64,000 nt of DNA from an uncultured delta proteobacterium (GCA_963753975.1 CAVWEH010000002.1:640001-704000); one strand, 5' to 3'; numbered from the stretch's first letter, positions 42,868-53,158 are shown. Program-made: numbers and translations. The notes: generated by a model not told the origin, from the letters alone.

Positions 42868-44104
42868 TTACCTCCCGGTAAACCTCGACTACTTGCTGCG
42901 CTGCTTTAGACCAGCTGAAAACTGAATTCACTCTTTCTAAACCCGCCTCAGCATATTTTACCCTCTCATCAGGGTTATTGAATAAATACGTTATGGCTTT
43001 GATCAAGGCGGAGGTATCGGCGGGCGGCACAATCATAGCTGCATCACCCACAACTTCCGGCAAGGCGCCGCCGCTTGTTGTAATCAACGGAACGCCGCAA
43101 GCCATTGCCTCCACGGCCGGTATGCCAAATCCTTCATATAAAGACGGAACAACGGCTATTGTTGCAGCCGAATAGTAATCGGCAAATTCTTCATTTTTAA
43201 TACGACCGGTAAACTGGACTATATCACCAATCCCCAGCCTGGCCACCAGTTTTGTAATTACTCCGTTTTTTTTTGGTTCTCCGATAACTGTTAATTTTAC
43301 AGATCGTTTTTTTCTTAATTCCGATACAGCCTCCAACAAATAACTCAACCCTTTTAACGGTATATCCGCGCTATTGGTCACGATAATGGAATTTTCCGGC
43401 CGTGATCCATTTTGAGCCGGATAAAAATACTCGTTGTTGATTCCGTTATGAACCACGTGGAATTTATCTTCATCAATAGAGAATTCCTGAGCGATATCCT
43501 TTTTGGTAAATTCCGATACAGTTACAATATGGGAAAGCTGGCGCGCTACTCTCATCTGCATTTTAATAAAAGTGTACCAGCGGAAAACACGAAATTTCTC
43601 ATAGATTGTTTTTGCCGCTTTAAATTCCTCCTGTTTATCAACGGTTATCGGATGATGAATAGTTGCTATTGTCGGAATAATTTTTCTGGCGAGCCTTCCG
43701 ACCCCGTAGGAAAGACTCTGATTATCATGAACAATGTCATAATGCATTCCGCACTTCAGTAGATAACGGTAAGCCCGCTCGCCAAAAGTAAAAGGTTCCG
43801 GGAAACTGCCCGTGCAGAAATTCAAAAATTCATACATGTTGATCGGATAGATCAGATCCCTTATCCTTTCCGGACGGAAAAGATGATTGGGATTATACAT
43901 ATCCAGGTTCGGCAACTTGTGCAGACACACTTTCGGGTCGAGATGGGGATAGGGAGGTCCTGATATTACATCCACATTATGGCCGATATCAACCAGTGCC
44001 TTGCTTAGATGTTTAATGTAAACACCCTGACCGCCGCACGTGGGATTACCTCTATAGGTCAGCAGGCATATTTTCAACGGCCGGGAATCTCGACTTTTCT
44101 TCAC
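42842..44104 (-). CDS. GT4-family glycosyltransferase (ManT-like)
   Basis: YRGNPTCGGQGVY, SGPPYPHL, GSFPEPFTF, HDNQSL, TIHHPIT, SADIPLKG, PSLYEGFGIPAVEAMACG. Confidence 0.9.
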   Translation of the reverse strand: MKKSRDSRPLKICLLTYRGNPTCGGQGVYIKHLSKALVDIGHNVDVISGPPYPHLDPKVCLHKLPNLDMYNPNHLFRPERIRDLIYPINMYEFLNFCTGSFPEPFTFGERAYRYLLKCGMHYDIVHDNQSLSYGVGRLARKIIPTIATIHHPITVDKQEEFKAAKTIYEKFRVFRWYTFIKMQMRVARQLSHIVTVSEFTKKDIAQEFSIDEDKFHVVHNGINNEYFYPAQNGSRPENSIIVTNSADIPLKGLSYLLEAVSELRKKRSVKLTVIGEPKKNGVITKLVARLGIGDIVQFTGRIKNEEFADYYSAATIAVVPSLYEGFGIPAVEAMACGVPLITTSGGALPEVVGDAAMIVPPADTSALIKAITYLFNNPDERVKYAEAGLERVNSVFSWSKAAQQVVEVYREVIDGRRRFS

Positions 44105-44751
44105 ACACAGGCCCTCTGCACAAGCTTTTGTGAATTTTCAAACATCGCGGCAATTTCAACATCGGTCAAACCCGCGCCGCGGGCGATATTTGTCGCCATT
44201 TTACTGCCAACGAAATCACTGGGAGCATGTGCATCGTTATCAAGAACAAGCTGCGCCTTAAATTTTCCGGCCATCTGAGCAACATGCCCATTCGTCAGGC
44301 TGTGATTTTTCCGGGTGGTAATCTCCAGATAAATTCCTTTTTCGGCGGCCAGCTTCGTTTCTTTTTCAGTCAAAAGTCCGGGATGGGCTAAAATATCTAT
44401 GGAGGAGTTAAGCGCCGCCAAATTGGTGCCGGGAGGAACAGGTTCGGCCAAAGTTTCACCATGCACAACAACTATCTTTGCTCCCAAAATTCTCGCCTCA
44501 TCAGCAAGCGCGGCTATATCTTTAGGGTGAACATGAGTAAGTTCAATGCCGGGAAGCACTGTGATATTCCCTTTTTCCGTTATTTTTAAGCAAACCTTAA
44601 TAATCCTGGGCAGAATGAAATCAATATTGGAATGATCGGCATGATCGGTAATGGCTATAGCTTTATACCCGGCCGAAAAGGCGCGTTGCGCCAACTCCGT
44701 GGGAATTAAGTCGCCGTCACTGAAAAGGGAATGTGTATGCAGATCAATCAC
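44101..44751 (-). CDS. PHP-domain phosphoesterase
   Basis: DLHTHSLFSDG, ITDH, GIELTH, ILAHPG, DNDAH; 4-nt overlap with the GT4 start. Confidence 0.88.
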   Translation of the reverse strand: MIDLHTHSLFSDGDLIPTELAQRAFSAGYKAIAITDHADHSNIDFILPRIIKVCLKITEKGNITVLPGIELTHVHPKDIAALADEARILGAKIVVVHGETLAEPVPPGTNLAALNSSIDILAHPGLLTEKETKLAAEKGIYLEITTRKNHSLTNGHVAQMAGKFKAQLVLDNDAHAPSDFVGSKMATNIARGAGLTDVEIAAMFENSQKLVQRACV

Positions 44752-44904
44752 TTAACGCATCCAGTGGGGGGAATTTATTCAAAACAATTAGAACGTGTTT
44801 GATTTAACAAATTTATAACCGCTAGTCAATAGAGATATGGATACTATGATAATTAATATATTATTGGGTTTTTTCGCAATAATTGCCGGATTGACGGAGC
44901 CGCG

Positions 44905-44992
44905 GCCAAACGGCTTACTGTGCGGCGGGTGCCTACAAAATTGTGATTTGGCAAGATGCTCGCGGCCCGCTCGTACCAGCTAAGGGTTAGGT
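44905..44992 (-). mobile_element. Integron attC-like site of the CBS cassette
   Basis: ACCTAAC ... GAGCGGGC ... GCCGCACAG ... GTTTGGC, 88 bp imperfect palindrome overlapping the CBS stop. Confidence 0.65.
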
Positions 44993-45375
44993 GCCTCCTT
45001 CAATAAGTATTGTTCTACAAAATCGAGAGAAGACACAAATCCCTGTATCGATTTGTTTTCCGACACTACGACGTGATGGATCTTGTTTTTAACCATCAAT
45101 TTGGCAACTTCGCCCACAGGGGTATCGGGACTGACTTCAATAGGCTTGTACGTACAAATCTCCCATGCGTGCGCTGCCTTGGGGCTTTTCCCAGTCGAGT
45201 GGAAATGAAGCAAGTCTGAAGCGCTAATAATTCCGAAAAGCATGCCCTTCGAATCTACAACCGGCACGGACGATAGGCCGTACGAATTTAGCAGTTCTTC
45301 AATGTGCTCGACGGTGTCTTCCGTATTTGCAGTCTGTACGCTTTTCGTCATAATGTACGAAATTGGCTTATCCAT
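44980..45375 (-). CDS. CBS-pair protein carried as an integron gene cassette
   Basis: ISYIMT, LSSVPVVD..GIISASDLL, IHHVVV..GFVSSLD; bounded by attC-like sites. Confidence 0.85.
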   Translation of the reverse strand: MDKPISYIMTKSVQTANTEDTVEHIEELLNSYGLSSVPVVDSKGMLFGIISASDLLHFHSTGKSPKAAHAWEICTYKPIEVSPDTPVGEVAKLMVKNKIHHVVVSENKSIQGFVSSLDFVEQYLLKEAPNP

Positions 45376-45397
45376 TTTGTTTACCTTTCTGTCGGAT

Positions 45398-45464
45398 ACC
45401 TAACATGTTTGGGCTCAAGCCGCGGCCCATCAGGGCTGTCCTGCCTGGAGCAATATTGTTAGGA
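45398..45464 (-). mobile_element. Integron attC-like site of a truncated upstream cassette
   Basis: TCCTAAC..GCTCCAGGC..GCCC-TGAT-GGGC..GGCTTGAGC..GTTAGGT, 67 bp. Confidence 0.7.
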
Positions 45465-45587
45465 GGCGCAACTATTGCGGCTCTTTGTATCCCACGAGAG
45501 ATTTGATCTTTTGCCAGAACGTACCTGCATCTGAAAATGTAAGAAGAATTAATATTATACAAGCATGACTTATTAGTGAATGTCAAG

Positions 45588-45706
45588 ATTGAATTTCTCT
45601 GCGGCAAAGCCGCCGAGCGTCTTCGATTCATGAGGAAATACTAATTCTGTATTCGGTCACTTGCCCCGCAGCAAGCTGCGCGGCGTGCGCTCGCCAATGA
45701 ATTCAT
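45588..45706. mobile_element. About 120 bp MITE-like element, copy B
   Basis: ATTGAA..TCTTCG..AGGAA..GTATTCGGTC.CTT.CCC..GCTCGC..GAATTCA, colinear with 13980-14101. Confidence 0.7.
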
Positions 45707-46122
45707 TTTTTCAAAAGCAGAAATGTTGCCGAAACACGGCAGATGTTTTTCCCCTTGTCATCCTTAACCAGGCAATCTCCGATGATCAAACTTTGACCTT
45801 TTTTAAAAACAGTGGCATCGGCAATAAGCTCCCCACTATTAACTCCCGCCAGAAAATTGCTCTTTAGCTCGATAGTGGTTAAACCCTCTTCCGGGCTTAA
45901 TTGAGTCATCATCGCATGGGCAATAGCCTCATCGGCCAGAGCAACGATAAGCCCGCCTTGCATCATTTTCGCTCCCTGCAGATATTCCGGGCGCACTGGC
46001 ATTCGAAACCGGGCATAACCATCTTTTAAATCAGCCAGAGTTACGCCTAAATAATCCAGAAAGGGATTTATGCCTTTCTGACCATCACAAATTTTTTTCA
46101 GGTAGAGGTTGTAATTGAAAAT
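45703..46122 (-). CDS. PaaI-family hot-dog thioesterase, probable ATT start
   Basis: NPFLDYLGV..GYARFRMPVRPEYLQGAKMMQGG..ALADEA, TTIELKSNFL; AAAGGAG RBS 6 nt before in-frame ATT at 46122. Confidence 0.85.
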   Translation of the reverse strand: MFNYNLYLKKICDGQKGINPFLDYLGVTLADLKDGYARFRMPVRPEYLQGAKMMQGGLIVALADEAIAHAMMTQLSPEEGLTTIELKSNFLAGVNSGELIADATVFKKGQSLIIGDCLVKDDKGKNICRVSATFLLLKK

Positions 46123-46243
46123 AGTTGTCTCCTTTCTCTATTGAGCAAACCACTTTCACAACTTAACGCTTGCCTTGCATAAAATAATATCGCCGGAAAA
46201 TCAAACCAAACTTTAGCCGGTCTGCCATAATTTAATGCCGGAT

Positions 46244-47113
46244 TTATGAAGACATCGAGAGGAGGAATGATCGAAGATTTGTTTTTTTATTTTTTATGCC
46301 GAGTTTTAAACGAATATTTTTTCTGTGAAAATCAACAGCCGTCGCCGATATATTCAAATATTCAGTCATTTCTTTAGTAGTCTTGCCTTCCCGGATGAGA
46401 GTGGCAATTTGAATTTCCCGCGGTGTCAGATCAAAATGTTTCGTGGTTAGATTATGCAGAAAAGGCGAGATGATCTCTTTGAGGTGGCTTTCAATTATGC
46501 TAACATGCGTTAATTGATTATCATTCAATTTCAAACTTTTTAATTTTTCAATAGGGGGAAGAATAAGCTTTTTAACATTAGATAGAATGTTTTCTTCCAT
46601 GGCTATCTTATCTTCTTCTCTCTGCTTCAACAAAACTTTTAAGGCTATATTGGCTTCTTCTAACGTTTTGGACTTCAATTGCAATTCTCTTTCACTGTTC
46701 TTCAAATCATTCTCAGCTTTTCTACGTTCATTGCGCTCGGCTAATTCGTTCAACGCCCGGTTAACCGACGGAGCAAGTCTCAATAGATTATTTTTCAAAA
46801 CATAATCCGTCGCTCCCTTTTTGAGTAACTCCACTGCCAGTTCTTCCCCCAAAGCGCCGGAGACAAAAATAAAAGGAATGTCGGGATATTGGCTCGAAAC
46901 AATGTTCAATGCTGACTTACCGCTGAACCCGGGCAAAGAATAATCGGCCAGAATTAAATCCGGCAAAAATTCATCCATTTGTTTGGTAAATTCTGCTTTG
47001 GTGGCAACTCTTTGAGCAACGAAGTTTAACCCGGCTTGTTTTAATTCATCTTCCATCAACTCCGCGTCCGCGGCCGTATCTTCTAATATTAATATACGCA
47101 ATACTTTATTCAT
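46244..47113 (-). CDS. Response regulator, REC plus coiled coil plus LuxR-type HTH
   Basis: ILILED, LILADYSLP, GATDYVLK; LTPREIQIA..GKTTKEM..VDFHRKNIRLKLG. Confidence 0.9.
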   Translation of the reverse strand: MNKVLRILILEDTAADAELMEDELKQAGLNFVAQRVATKAEFTKQMDEFLPDLILADYSLPGFSGKSALNIVSSQYPDIPFIFVSGALGEELAVELLKKGATDYVLKNNLLRLAPSVNRALNELAERNERRKAENDLKNSERELQLKSKTLEEANIALKVLLKQREEDKIAMEENILSNVKKLILPPIEKLKSLKLNDNQLTHVSIIESHLKEIISPFLHNLTTKHFDLTPREIQIATLIREGKTTKEMTEYLNISATAVDFHRKNIRLKLGIKNKKTNLRSFLLSMSS

Positions 47114-47172
47114 TCGGACATCCTCAAGTTTTAATTGGCAATACTTGTTTAATCCATCCTTACGTAAACTGA

Positions 47173-47607
47173 CTAATCGGCATTTACATTAAGCTTAATC
47201 CAATAATTTATAATTTTCTTGATATGATCCGCAAATTCATCGGCATCTAAAGGTTTGACTAAGTAACTATTGGCACCCAATTTATAACTTTCTATCCTAT
47301 CCCTTTCTTCATTGGATGACGTAAAAACAACAATGGGGATATGTTTTGTCCTTTCATCAGATTTTAGTAATTTCAGAACTTCCAGGCCATTGATTTTAGG
47401 AAGTTTTAAATCCAGCAATATTAACCGTGGCGGCTTAATTCTTTTTGAGCTAAATTTACCCGTGGGATCGAAAAAGTGTTTTGTCGCTTCAACTCCATCA
47501 CCGAGTATAAGAACTCCGGATTTAATTCCTAATTCACGAAATGTATCCAAAATCATTTCCACATCATGATGATTATCTTCAACTATAATGATATCCGTAT
47601 TATCCAT
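47173..47607 (-). CDS. Single-domain response regulator (Rcp-like)
   Basis: IVEDN, LILLDLKLPKINGLEVL, GANSYLVKP. Confidence 0.9.
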   Translation of the reverse strand: MDNTDIIIVEDNHHDVEMILDTFRELGIKSGVLILGDGVEATKHFFDPTGKFSSKRIKPPRLILLDLKLPKINGLEVLKLLKSDERTKHIPIVVFTSSNEERDRIESYKLGANSYLVKPLDADEFADHIKKIINYWIKLNVNAD

Positions 47608-47615
47608 TTTTCAAG

Positions 47616-49838
47616 TCAGTCCCTTACCGGCAGAGAAAAATAAAAAATTGCTCCTTCTTCAACTTTGCCTTCAGCCCAAACACGACCTCCGTGGCGATGA
47701 ATTATTCTCTGAACAATGGCCAAACCGACGCCGGTGCCTTCATAATCATCAGCGCTATGCAAACGTTGAAAAACTCCAAACAACTTATCATAATATTTCA
47801 TATCAAAACCTACGCCTTTATCTTTTACATAGTAAATATTTTCATTCCCTTCCGGATACCCTCCTGTTTCGATATATGCTTTATCTTTAAATTTTGTATA
47901 TTTTACAGCATTGGATAAAAGATTAGAATAAACTTGTTTTATTAATGTGCGGTCACCCCGGCTTGGCGGGATATTTTTAATCTTAAAATCAATTCTTCTA
48001 TCGGGATTAATGATCTGCAACTCCATCCATATATCATTGATTAAGCCTTCCATATCCAGTTTAGACATATTAATTTCCAGCCGTCCCAAACGGGAGAAGG
48101 AAAGCAAATCGTCAATTAACTTACCCATCATTTGCGTATTGCTTCTGATCAAATCAAATTTACGTTTGGCATCGTCATTGAGCTTATCTCTTTGATCTCG
48201 AAGAATCATCCTGGTGTAGCCGTCAATAGCACGTAGCGGTGCTCTGAGATCGTGAGAAACTGAATAGCTGAAACTTTCCAATTCTTTGTTCGTTACTTCC
48301 AGTAACTTTGTCCGCAGTTCAATGAGTTTTTCTACGTCTTTGCGTTCTCGTATTTCTGATTGCAGAGCTTCATTAGTTCTTTGTAATTCGTTTGTTCTTT
48401 CTTTTACCCGTAATTCCAATTCATTATGCGCCGCCTTTAACGCTTGCTCTATACGTCTTAATTCTGTTACATCACGGGCCGCCGCAAAAATACCCTGCAC
48501 CTCTCCGCTCTCGTTTTTATATAAGGAAGCATTATATAATACTTCGGTAACACCACCTGCAACAGTGCGTAGGGACAGAGGATAGTCCCGGACAACGCCT
48601 TTTTCAAATACCAGTTTGTATCCCTCGTCGGCCTTTTCCGGTTGAGTAAAATAATTGGAAAAATTACTGCCGATCAATTCTTTTCTGGATCGTCCCGTTA
48701 TCAACTCCGTTGAGCTGTTGACATCCATAATTTTTCCTTCCGGGCTGATGGTCACTAAAGGATCGAGGCTCGCTTCGATTAGACTTCGGGCATATAAAAA
48801 AGCCCTTTTATATTCCTGCTCGTATTGTTCACGATAATATTTTGCCTGCCGATAACGCCAGATATACGCAGCAACGACTCCAAGAATTAATATTGTGACT
48901 ATTATGAAAAATACAGCCATCCAAAAACGTTCGGTTAAGGAGGCATATATTTCTTCTGTATCAACTTTAGCGACAAGAAACCACGTGGAATCCGGCACCG
49001 CCTTGATTGCTGCAAGAACATTTTTTTTACGGTAATCTATCCCCTCAACAACGCCTTTCGCTCCTAATACAGCCCTAACGGCAGGTAGCGATGATTGAGT
49101 TATCGGATATCTCATCGTCATAGGTATATTCTTGCTGTAACGCAACTCGTTAAGATACACAACTTCGTTACCATCACGATGTGCCAACAAAGCCTCTCCC
49201 GTCTCACTAGGTGTTGGCCATACTTTAATAGTAGGGTATAAACGTATATTGGGATCTATAATAACCATTACAGTACCAAGGCGTATTGTGTTCTTCTTTT
49301 GAATAATCACAATAGGTATAGCCATTGACAGAAAAACACCGCTCGTTTTGTCGTCTCTATAGAAATCACTAAAAACTATATTATTTTTTTCGAAAGCTTC
49401 ATTGATGACATTAGAATAAATCTTACCAAAATTAGAATTGTATCTATTTAGGGCCAATTTAACTTTCTTATTCTTATCGAGAAGTAAAATGTTTTTATAT
49501 TGATATGATTTTTGTGTTGCCGAAAGTAAGGACAAAATATTCTTTTTTGCTTCCAGAGATGACGGATTGTTGAAGAATTGGAATACGTTGGAAGCAAATA
49601 CATTATTTTCAAAGATAACGGTCGCATTAGCGATACGTTCTTTGCGCCAATTGTTGATTTCCCCTACTTTAAGCTCGGCAATTGCAGTCAGTTGCTGACG
49701 GGCAGCATTACCAATATCTGTTTTCTGATCCTGATATACATAATAGCCCCGGACAATTATAAAAACGGAAACTGAGAAAAATATTATTAATGCAATTGAA
49801 AGAGTAATTTTGTTTTTCTGAGGGAGAGGATTTGTCAT
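47616..49838 (-). CDS. Membrane sensor histidine kinase (periplasmic sensor plus PAS)
   Basis: Two TMs, PAS (LIEASLDPL), SYSVSHDLRAPLRAI, NLLSNAVKY, DKGVGF, GTGVGLA. Confidence 0.92.
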   Translation of the reverse strand: MTNPLPQKNKITLSIALIIFFSVSVFIIVRGYYVYQDQKTDIGNAARQQLTAIAELKVGEINNWRKERIANATVIFENNVFASNVFQFFNNPSSLEAKKNILSLLSATQKSYQYKNILLLDKNKKVKLALNRYNSNFGKIYSNVINEAFEKNNIVFSDFYRDDKTSGVFLSMAIPIVIIQKKNTIRLGTVMVIIDPNIRLYPTIKVWPTPSETGEALLAHRDGNEVVYLNELRYSKNIPMTMRYPITQSSLPAVRAVLGAKGVVEGIDYRKKNVLAAIKAVPDSTWFLVAKVDTEEIYASLTERFWMAVFFIIVTILILGVVAAYIWRYRQAKYYREQYEQEYKRAFLYARSLIEASLDPLVTISPEGKIMDVNSSTELITGRSRKELIGSNFSNYFTQPEKADEGYKLVFEKGVVRDYPLSLRTVAGGVTEVLYNASLYKNESGEVQGIFAAARDVTELRRIEQALKAAHNELELRVKERTNELQRTNEALQSEIRERKDVEKLIELRTKLLEVTNKELESFSYSVSHDLRAPLRAIDGYTRMILRDQRDKLNDDAKRKFDLIRSNTQMMGKLIDDLLSFSRLGRLEINMSKLDMEGLINDIWMELQIINPDRRIDFKIKNIPPSRGDRTLIKQVYSNLLSNAVKYTKFKDKAYIETGGYPEGNENIYYVKDKGVGFDMKYYDKLFGVFQRLHSADDYEGTGVGLAIVQRIIHRHGGRVWAEGKVEEGAIFYFSLPVRD

Positions 49839-50027
49839 GCCCGCGCTACTTTCTTATGTACAATAGGCCTTTATTTATTTTGAGTTATTATAAACTCGAA
49901 TAACTTTCAATACAAGAGTGTTTCTTAATATTCACTACGTACAAAAGCAATTAAAATGACTAATAAAAGCAGATTTGCCCCGTGCGCTGACATATCTCAA
50001 TCTTCATCATGACGGCATTACCATATT

Positions 50028-50590
50028 TTACTTATCCTTTATATTTTTGCGCTGGTGCAATGTAACGATTGCAGAAAACGAAGCGCCGACCAAGATCACT
50101 GCCCTCAAAGCAACAAGGAAAAGAGTGTATGTCAATGCGGTGTACATCGCCGACTCAGAGATTTTATTGATGGTCGCATTACGGCCCTCCAAATCGTAAT
50201 CTGGAAAAACATAAAAATAATGATGGGCAATGTCGTCTGTGTCCAGTACAATCTGCTGAATTTTTGAACGGTCCTCGACAATCGTGATGCGCAGCCAGCG
50301 TAGTTCTTTGTAATGGGAAAAGACCAGCAAAATGCTAATCACCGCGGCAATTCCCGCAAGGGCAGGAACCCAGGTTTCATCCTCCATCAGCCGAAAAGAA
50401 ATAAGAAAACACACGAAAAATAGATGAAGCAAGAAAACCCGGCAGACCATACCCAGGAAGCGAAATGCGAAAAATCACCCATACTGTCTATTCTTGTAAT
50501 AGCTGTCGTGTAGGCAAAGACAAGCGAAACTAACACGAGTCCGAATAGTGTGCCGGCCACCTGGGCCAGTGCTAAAAAACCCTATTCCAT
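50028..50590 (-). pseudogene. Decayed membrane protein gene
   Basis: Hydrophobic reading frame broken by an in-frame stop and a frameshift near 50460; no family recognised. Confidence 0.4.
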
Positions 50591-50663
50591 ATTAATTATT
50601 TCCCTTTTAAAATGCAATATCCTTCCTTATCTAAGTGTCAATCAATAATGCCTTGATCAACCT

Positions 50664-51031
50664 TTACCTGGAGAAAATCATTTTTATCGAGATGATCAGT
50701 AAGGCAATGCCGAATATTCTTTCCCGTGTTTGATTGGATATATTAGTGGCTAATTTAGCACCAATTAGCCGCCAAATAAGAACCCAACGCAGATTAATGC
50801 GCAGCAACGGGAAAATCAGCGTATCCTTGTTTATAATACGTCCATGCGGCAAGGATGCCTATTGGTGGAACTAATAAAGCCAATGTCGTTCCTTGGGCCG
50901 TTTTTGGGAAAGGCCAAAAATGATGACCGAAACCGGTACAACAATAGTTCCACCCCGATACCGATTAATCCGCTTAAGAAACCGGCCAATATTCCCAGCA
51001 TAATATAAAGCAGGCCCAACGACATGGTCAT
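50664..51031 (-). pseudogene. TauE/SafE (TSUP) transporter pseudogene
   Basis: AGFLSGLIGIG, AQGTTLALLVPPIGILAAWTYYKQG and IFGIALLIISIKMI lie in different frames. Confidence 0.8.
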
Positions 51032-51121
51032 TCTATATATTGCCAAATATTAAAAAATATTTTCTATGCATGAGCACTCGTCCAATACAAAATATTATTA
51101 AAAGTCAGGCAGAATAACAGC

Positions 51122-51631
51122 TCACGGGGAAAGAACAAACTGATCATTTCTGTTTTTCGCCCACGCTTCTTCATTATGAGCAGGGTCCAAGGGACGATCT
51201 TTACCGTAACTGATCGTGGAAATCCTTTTTGCATTAATACCTTTTTCAGTCAGGTATTTCCTGGCGGTATCTGCTCTTCTCTGACCAAGAGCCATGTTGT
51301 ATTCTTCCGTTCCTCTTTCGTCGCAATTACCCTCTATTTTTACTTTATATTCAGAATTTTTCAATAACCAATTAGCATGAGCGTTTAAAATTTTTCTATC
51401 CGCTGGCCGCAGGTTATATTTATCGAAATCAAAATGAATATTTCCCAACTCGAATTTCTGTTCTCCCGTGGCAACAAGTGGTGCCGGAGCCGACTTCATC
51501 TCTTCCTGTTTGGCATTCTGCGGCTGCGCAGAATTTTCTACAACTGTTTCTTTTTTAGCACATCCGGTCATCCCTAAAAAAACAGCCACTGCTAAAAGAG
51601 TTATAACCTTGAGATACAATGCGTTTTTCAT
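51122..51631 (-). CDS. pal: Peptidoglycan-associated lipoprotein (OmpA family)
   Basis: Lipobox MTGC, IHFDFDKY, IEGNCDERGTEEYNMALGQRRA, ISYGKDRP. Confidence 0.92.
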   Translation of the reverse strand: MKNALYLKVITLLAVAVFLGMTGCAKKETVVENSAQPQNAKQEEMKSAPAPLVATGEQKFELGNIHFDFDKYNLRPADRKILNAHANWLLKNSEYKVKIEGNCDERGTEEYNMALGQRRADTARKYLTEKGINAKRISTISYGKDRPLDPAHNEEAWAKNRNDQFVLSP

Positions 51632-51697
51632 GACTTTGTTTCCTCCTCATTTTTTTATCGTTTCACAATCGGACTAGCGCTCATGCATAGTACCAGT

Positions 51698-53158
51698 CTA
51701 TTTTGACAAAAGCGTAATATACAAACTCGTTCCATTGCGGTAAATCAACATCAGGATTTCCTGATCAGGCTTAACCTTACCGACAATCGTATTGTAGTCA
51801 TTAATATTCGAGATTTTCTTTCTGTTTATTTCCATTATGATATCGTTGGCCTGCAATACACTGCTGGCCGGACTATCATCGTCCACAGCAATAACCATGA
51901 CACCTTTGATGCGTGCAGGAATTCCCAGCATTTTTTTCTGGTCGGCTGTAATACTTTGCACATGAATACCGATGAACACGTTCGCTGATTCACTTGTTGT
52001 CGGAGATAGCTTTGCCGGCAACTCGCCGATCTGAACAGATAATGTCTTCTCTTTACCTTCATGAAGAACCTTGATATTTACTTCTGTGCCGGGTTTCGCA
52101 CTGGCGACCATATTTCGAAACTCAGAAATATCATTGACGTCTTTGCTTCCATATTCCAAGATAATATCGCCGCGCTGGATTCCGGCTTTTTGTGCCGGAG
52201 AGTCTTCCGCTATATCACTGACCAAGACACCCTTTTCACTCTTCAATCCGAACTGTCTGGCCAGTACGGAAGTCATAGGCTGAATGCTTACGCCGAGCCA
52301 TCCCCTGATTACTTTGCCCCTTTTAATTAGGCTATCCATCACAACTTGGACCATGTTGCTCGGAATTGCAAAGCCGACACCCTGATATCCTCCAGACGTG
52401 GTAGCGATTGCCGTATTAATACCCACCAGTTCGCCTTTAACATTGACCAAAGCGCCGCCGGAATTCCCTGGATTTATTGCCGCATCAGTCTGAATGAAAT
52501 CTTCATAGTCCGCGATGCCCACATCGGCCCGCCCAATTGCACTGATAATTCCTGATGTCACTGTCTGGTTCAAGCCGAAGGGGTTGCCGATCGCAATTAC
52601 ACTTTCACCTACTTTCAATTTATCCGAATCGCCAAGATTGAGAACCGGAAGATTATGGGTATTGATCTTTACCACGGCCAGATCGGTTCTGGGATCGGCA
52701 CCGACAACTTTACCTTTGAATTGTCTCTTATCGGATAACTTCACTGTAATCTCCTCCGATCCCTGCACCACATGATTGTTGGTTATAATATAGCCCTCTT
52801 TACCTACAATGACACCCGAGCCTAATCCCATTTGTTTATATTTTTCAGGTTTATTATTAAATTGATCGCCGAAGAAATTTCTAAATAAAGGATCATCAAA
52901 AAAAGGATTCGGAATCGATTGGGTGGTTACGGTCCTTTGCGATGAAATATTCACAACTGCCGGTTTGGCAACAGCCGCTAACTCAGACATGGCCCGATCA
53001 ATCCTGGACAAAAGATCAATGGATTCTTTGGAAATATTAACTTCTTGAGCTTGACTGGTTTTAAATATGCCGAAATTTGAAGTAAGAATTGATCCGCAAA
53101 CGATACCGATAAAAATTAAGACTGCTGTAAAGATCAGATACTTTATTTTTGTTTTCAT
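51698..53158 (-). CDS. DegP/DegQ (HtrA, Do family) serine protease with two PDZ domains
   Basis: GLGSGVI, TNNHVV, TDLAVVK, QTDAAINPGNSGG, RGWLGV. Confidence 0.95.
   Translation of the reverse strand: MKTKIKYLIFTAVLIFIGIVCGSILTSNFGIFKTSQAQEVNISKESIDLLSRIDRAMSELAAVAKPAVVNISSQRTVTTQSIPNPFFDDPLFRNFFGDQFNNKPEKYKQMGLGSGVIVGKEGYIITNNHVVQGSEEITVKLSDKRQFKGKVVGADPRTDLAVVKINTHNLPVLNLGDSDKLKVGESVIAIGNPFGLNQTVTSGIISAIGRADVGIADYEDFIQTDAAINPGNSGGALVNVKGELVGINTAIATTSGGYQGVGFAIPSNMVQVVMDSLIKRGKVIRGWLGVSIQPMTSVLARQFGLKSEKGVLVSDIAEDSPAQKAGIQRGDIILEYGSKDVNDISEFRNMVASAKPGTEVNIKVLHEGKEKTLSVQIGELPAKLSPTTSESANVFIGIHVQSITADQKKMLGIPARIKGVMVIAVDDDSPASSVLQANDIIMEINRKKISNINDYNTIVGKVKPDQEILMLIYRNGTSLYITLLSK

Noticed and set aside
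45553..45587. TTGACA...TATAAT as a cassette promoter
   Set aside because: Spacer is 21 nt, outside the normal range
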